A stretch of 64,000 nucleotides of DNA, from the IMG/VR virus record IMGVR_UViG_3300049255_000541, one strand, 5' to 3'. The stretch comes from a virus. The first letter of the stretch is position 1. Each line of letters opens with the position of its first letter. Shown one piece after another: positions 62,577 to 64,000 of this stretch. The position numbers were made by a program, and so were the translations under genes. Under the pieces are notes generated by a model. It was not told the origin of the DNA, did not search any database, and saw only the letters and a program-made list of their open reading frames with translations.

Positions 62577-64000
62577 GCAGCCTCGGCCGGCACAAGGTTG
62601 GCGATGAAATTTCCGGTGGCCTCCGGCGCCTGCGCTTCCCACATCTCCGCTACCCAGGCGCACCAAGCCTGCATGATGGATGCTTTTTCATCAAAATACG
62701 GATCCCGTTTGTATCCCTCTGTCACCGAACCTGTCCGGCCTTCGGCATGATCGAGGATCCTTGCGATATCGACGTCTGAAAATCCAGCCTTCGACATGTA
62801 TGTCGCGAAGGCATGTCTGAATAGGTGACACCTGCTCATAGACCCGAGCGCCCGCTTTACGGTTCCATAAATTGCTCTCTTTCCCAGGTGCCCGTCTGCC
62901 TTTGCCCCCTCGCGCCTCGGCCGTTGCTGTGGGAACAAATACCCGTTCTCTGGGTCGGAGATAGCAAGAGCGCGTTGGACAACGATCATCGCGGCGGGTG
63001 TCAATGGAACGATGTGCGGCTTCTGCGCCTTTCCTCGCTTTCCTTTTTTGCTCTTCCTACCCTTCATCTTATGGGCGGGTATTGACCAGTAAGGAATTCC
63101 GCCATCGTCGGGTTTCAGCACGAATTCACGCTTCTCGGCAGACGCGACATTGCTGAGCCGCTGGACAGTCAGCTCGATCAGCAGCACGGCCAGCCGTGCT
63201 GCCTCGCATGTGCCGCGGCTGTATTTGACGTACGGATTATGCTCGAGCCCATCAAGTAGCCACGGCAAATTTCCTAGTTCTTCCGGAGTGTAGAGATGGT
63301 CTGAAATAGATCCACCCTCGTCCTCATCGTCTTCATCAACCTCATCCCGGTTCGGCCTCTTCGGAAGGCGCAGCCTTGATGCCGCATTGAAATCCACTTC
63401 TCCGTGTTCAGTTCTGATGTCCAACCAGGCATACATCCCCTTCAAGATGTCGATGATCTTTTCGGCCTGCCTATATGATTTCCTGTCCCACACTTTGTTA
63501 ACGCATCCCTGCAGGATCTTTCCGGTGACTTCCGTTGTGGACAGTTCCTCCGCCGCGGCAAAATCACGGTATCGGACCGAAGTCAGGGCCTTCCTGTAGT
63601 CTTCGTAAGTCGCGACTTCCCCGGATACACGGACGTGCTCCAGGAAATCCGCACGCGCTGTAGTCCACGGCACAAGGCCAGCCAGCCGCTTCTCCTCGGC
63701 TTCACGCGCCGCCTTCTCAGCCAGCGCCTTTGCCTCTGCGGCACGCTCCGCTGCGCGGTCACGGCCTCCACTTTCCAGCTCAAGGTATTCTCCCGGATCC
63801 TGACCGGCACGCGCCATTGCCTGCGCCGCGCGGGCATTCTTTCGGGCGACACGAAGGGACATCGTGCGGGCATCGCCGACGCGCCACGAACTCTGACCGC
63901 CGCCAGAGATGCGGCCGCGCAGGATCCAGCTGGCGGTGCGTTTCCCGATGCGGAGTGAGAGGGCAGGGAGGTCTTGGTCGGCGACTTCGAAGGGTTCCTT
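62573..64000 (-). CDS. int: Tyrosine integrase (5' end off window)
   Basis: Frame is open to 64000 (DLPALSLRIGKRTASW arm-binding region); catalytic VQRLSN, HKMK, HLFRH, LDH, GY. Confidence 0.92.
   Translation of the reverse strand, partial: KEPFEVADQDLPALSLRIGKRTASWILRGRISGGGQSSWRVGDARTMSLRVARKNARAAQAMARAGQDPGEYLELESGGRDRAAERAAEAKALAEKAAREAEEKRLAGLVPWTTARADFLEHVRVSGEVATYEDYRKALTSVRYRDFAAAEELSTTEVTGKILQGCVNKVWDRKSYRQAEKIIDILKGMYAWLDIRTEHGEVDFNAASRLRLPKRPNRDEVDEDDEDEGGSISDHLYTPEELGNLPWLLDGLEHNPYVKYSRGTCEAARLAVLLIELTVQRLSNVASAEKREFVLKPDDGGIPYWSIPAHKMKGRKSKKGKRGKAQKPHIVPLTPAAMIVVQRALAISDPENGYLFPQQRPRREGAKADGHLGKRAIYGTVKRALGSMSRCHLFRHAFATYMSKAGFSDVDIARILDHAEGRTGSVTEGYKRDPYFDEKASIMQAWCAWVAEMWEAQAPEATGNFIANLVPAEAA

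Larger units (their letters stand above)
1..64000. mobile_element. Temperate phage/prophage with contractile tail; both ends lie outside the window
   Basis: Continuous lysis-tail-head-terminase-early-replication-immunity-integrase gene order; no host genes seen. Confidence 0.97.

Noticed and set aside
62573-64000. attL/attR sites
   Set aside because: The integrase runs off the window and no host junction is visible, so att sites cannot be located

Overview
The whole window is a GC-rich temperate phage or prophage with a contractile tail. No host housekeeping genes are visible, and it is truncated in a holin at the left end and in a tyrosine integrase at the right end. From left to right it holds: lysis genes (holin, GH19 endolysin); a T5 A1-like metallophosphoesterase/nuclease; tailspike, baseplate, tape measure, tail chaperone with a -1 frameshift, tube and sheath; head genes, portal and terminase (all minus strand, 1-27.3 kb); a mosaic accessory/early region of small genes, several with their own promoter and terminator (27.5-40.4 kb); a PHP+ATPase (Ppl-like) defence gene, RtcB, an iteron origin, a primase-helicase, a second atypical tyrosine recombinase beside a TGCA-repeat array, and a repressor/Cro-like switch (40.5-53.9 kb); an array-less type IV-B CRISPR-Cas operon (csf1-cas11-csf2-csf3-small ORF-cysH) facing an IbrA/GNAT/HTH/IbrB-like operon (54-61.2 kb); and the integrase. 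The standout observations are (1) the phage-borne type IV-B module with an extra, translationally coupled small nuclease-like ORF, next to a second PAPS-reductase/ParB/GNAT module, (2) a portal protein fused to an Acb1-like 2H phosphoesterase, (3) a recombinase with a YxxR motif next to phased TGCA palindromes, and (4) a phage-wide promoter family CCCTTGCGG-N17-(C/A)TA(T/C)CT. Family assignments come from motifs read by eye and from recalled family features. No database search was run, so all names need HMM confirmation. An alphaproteobacterial host is only an inference.
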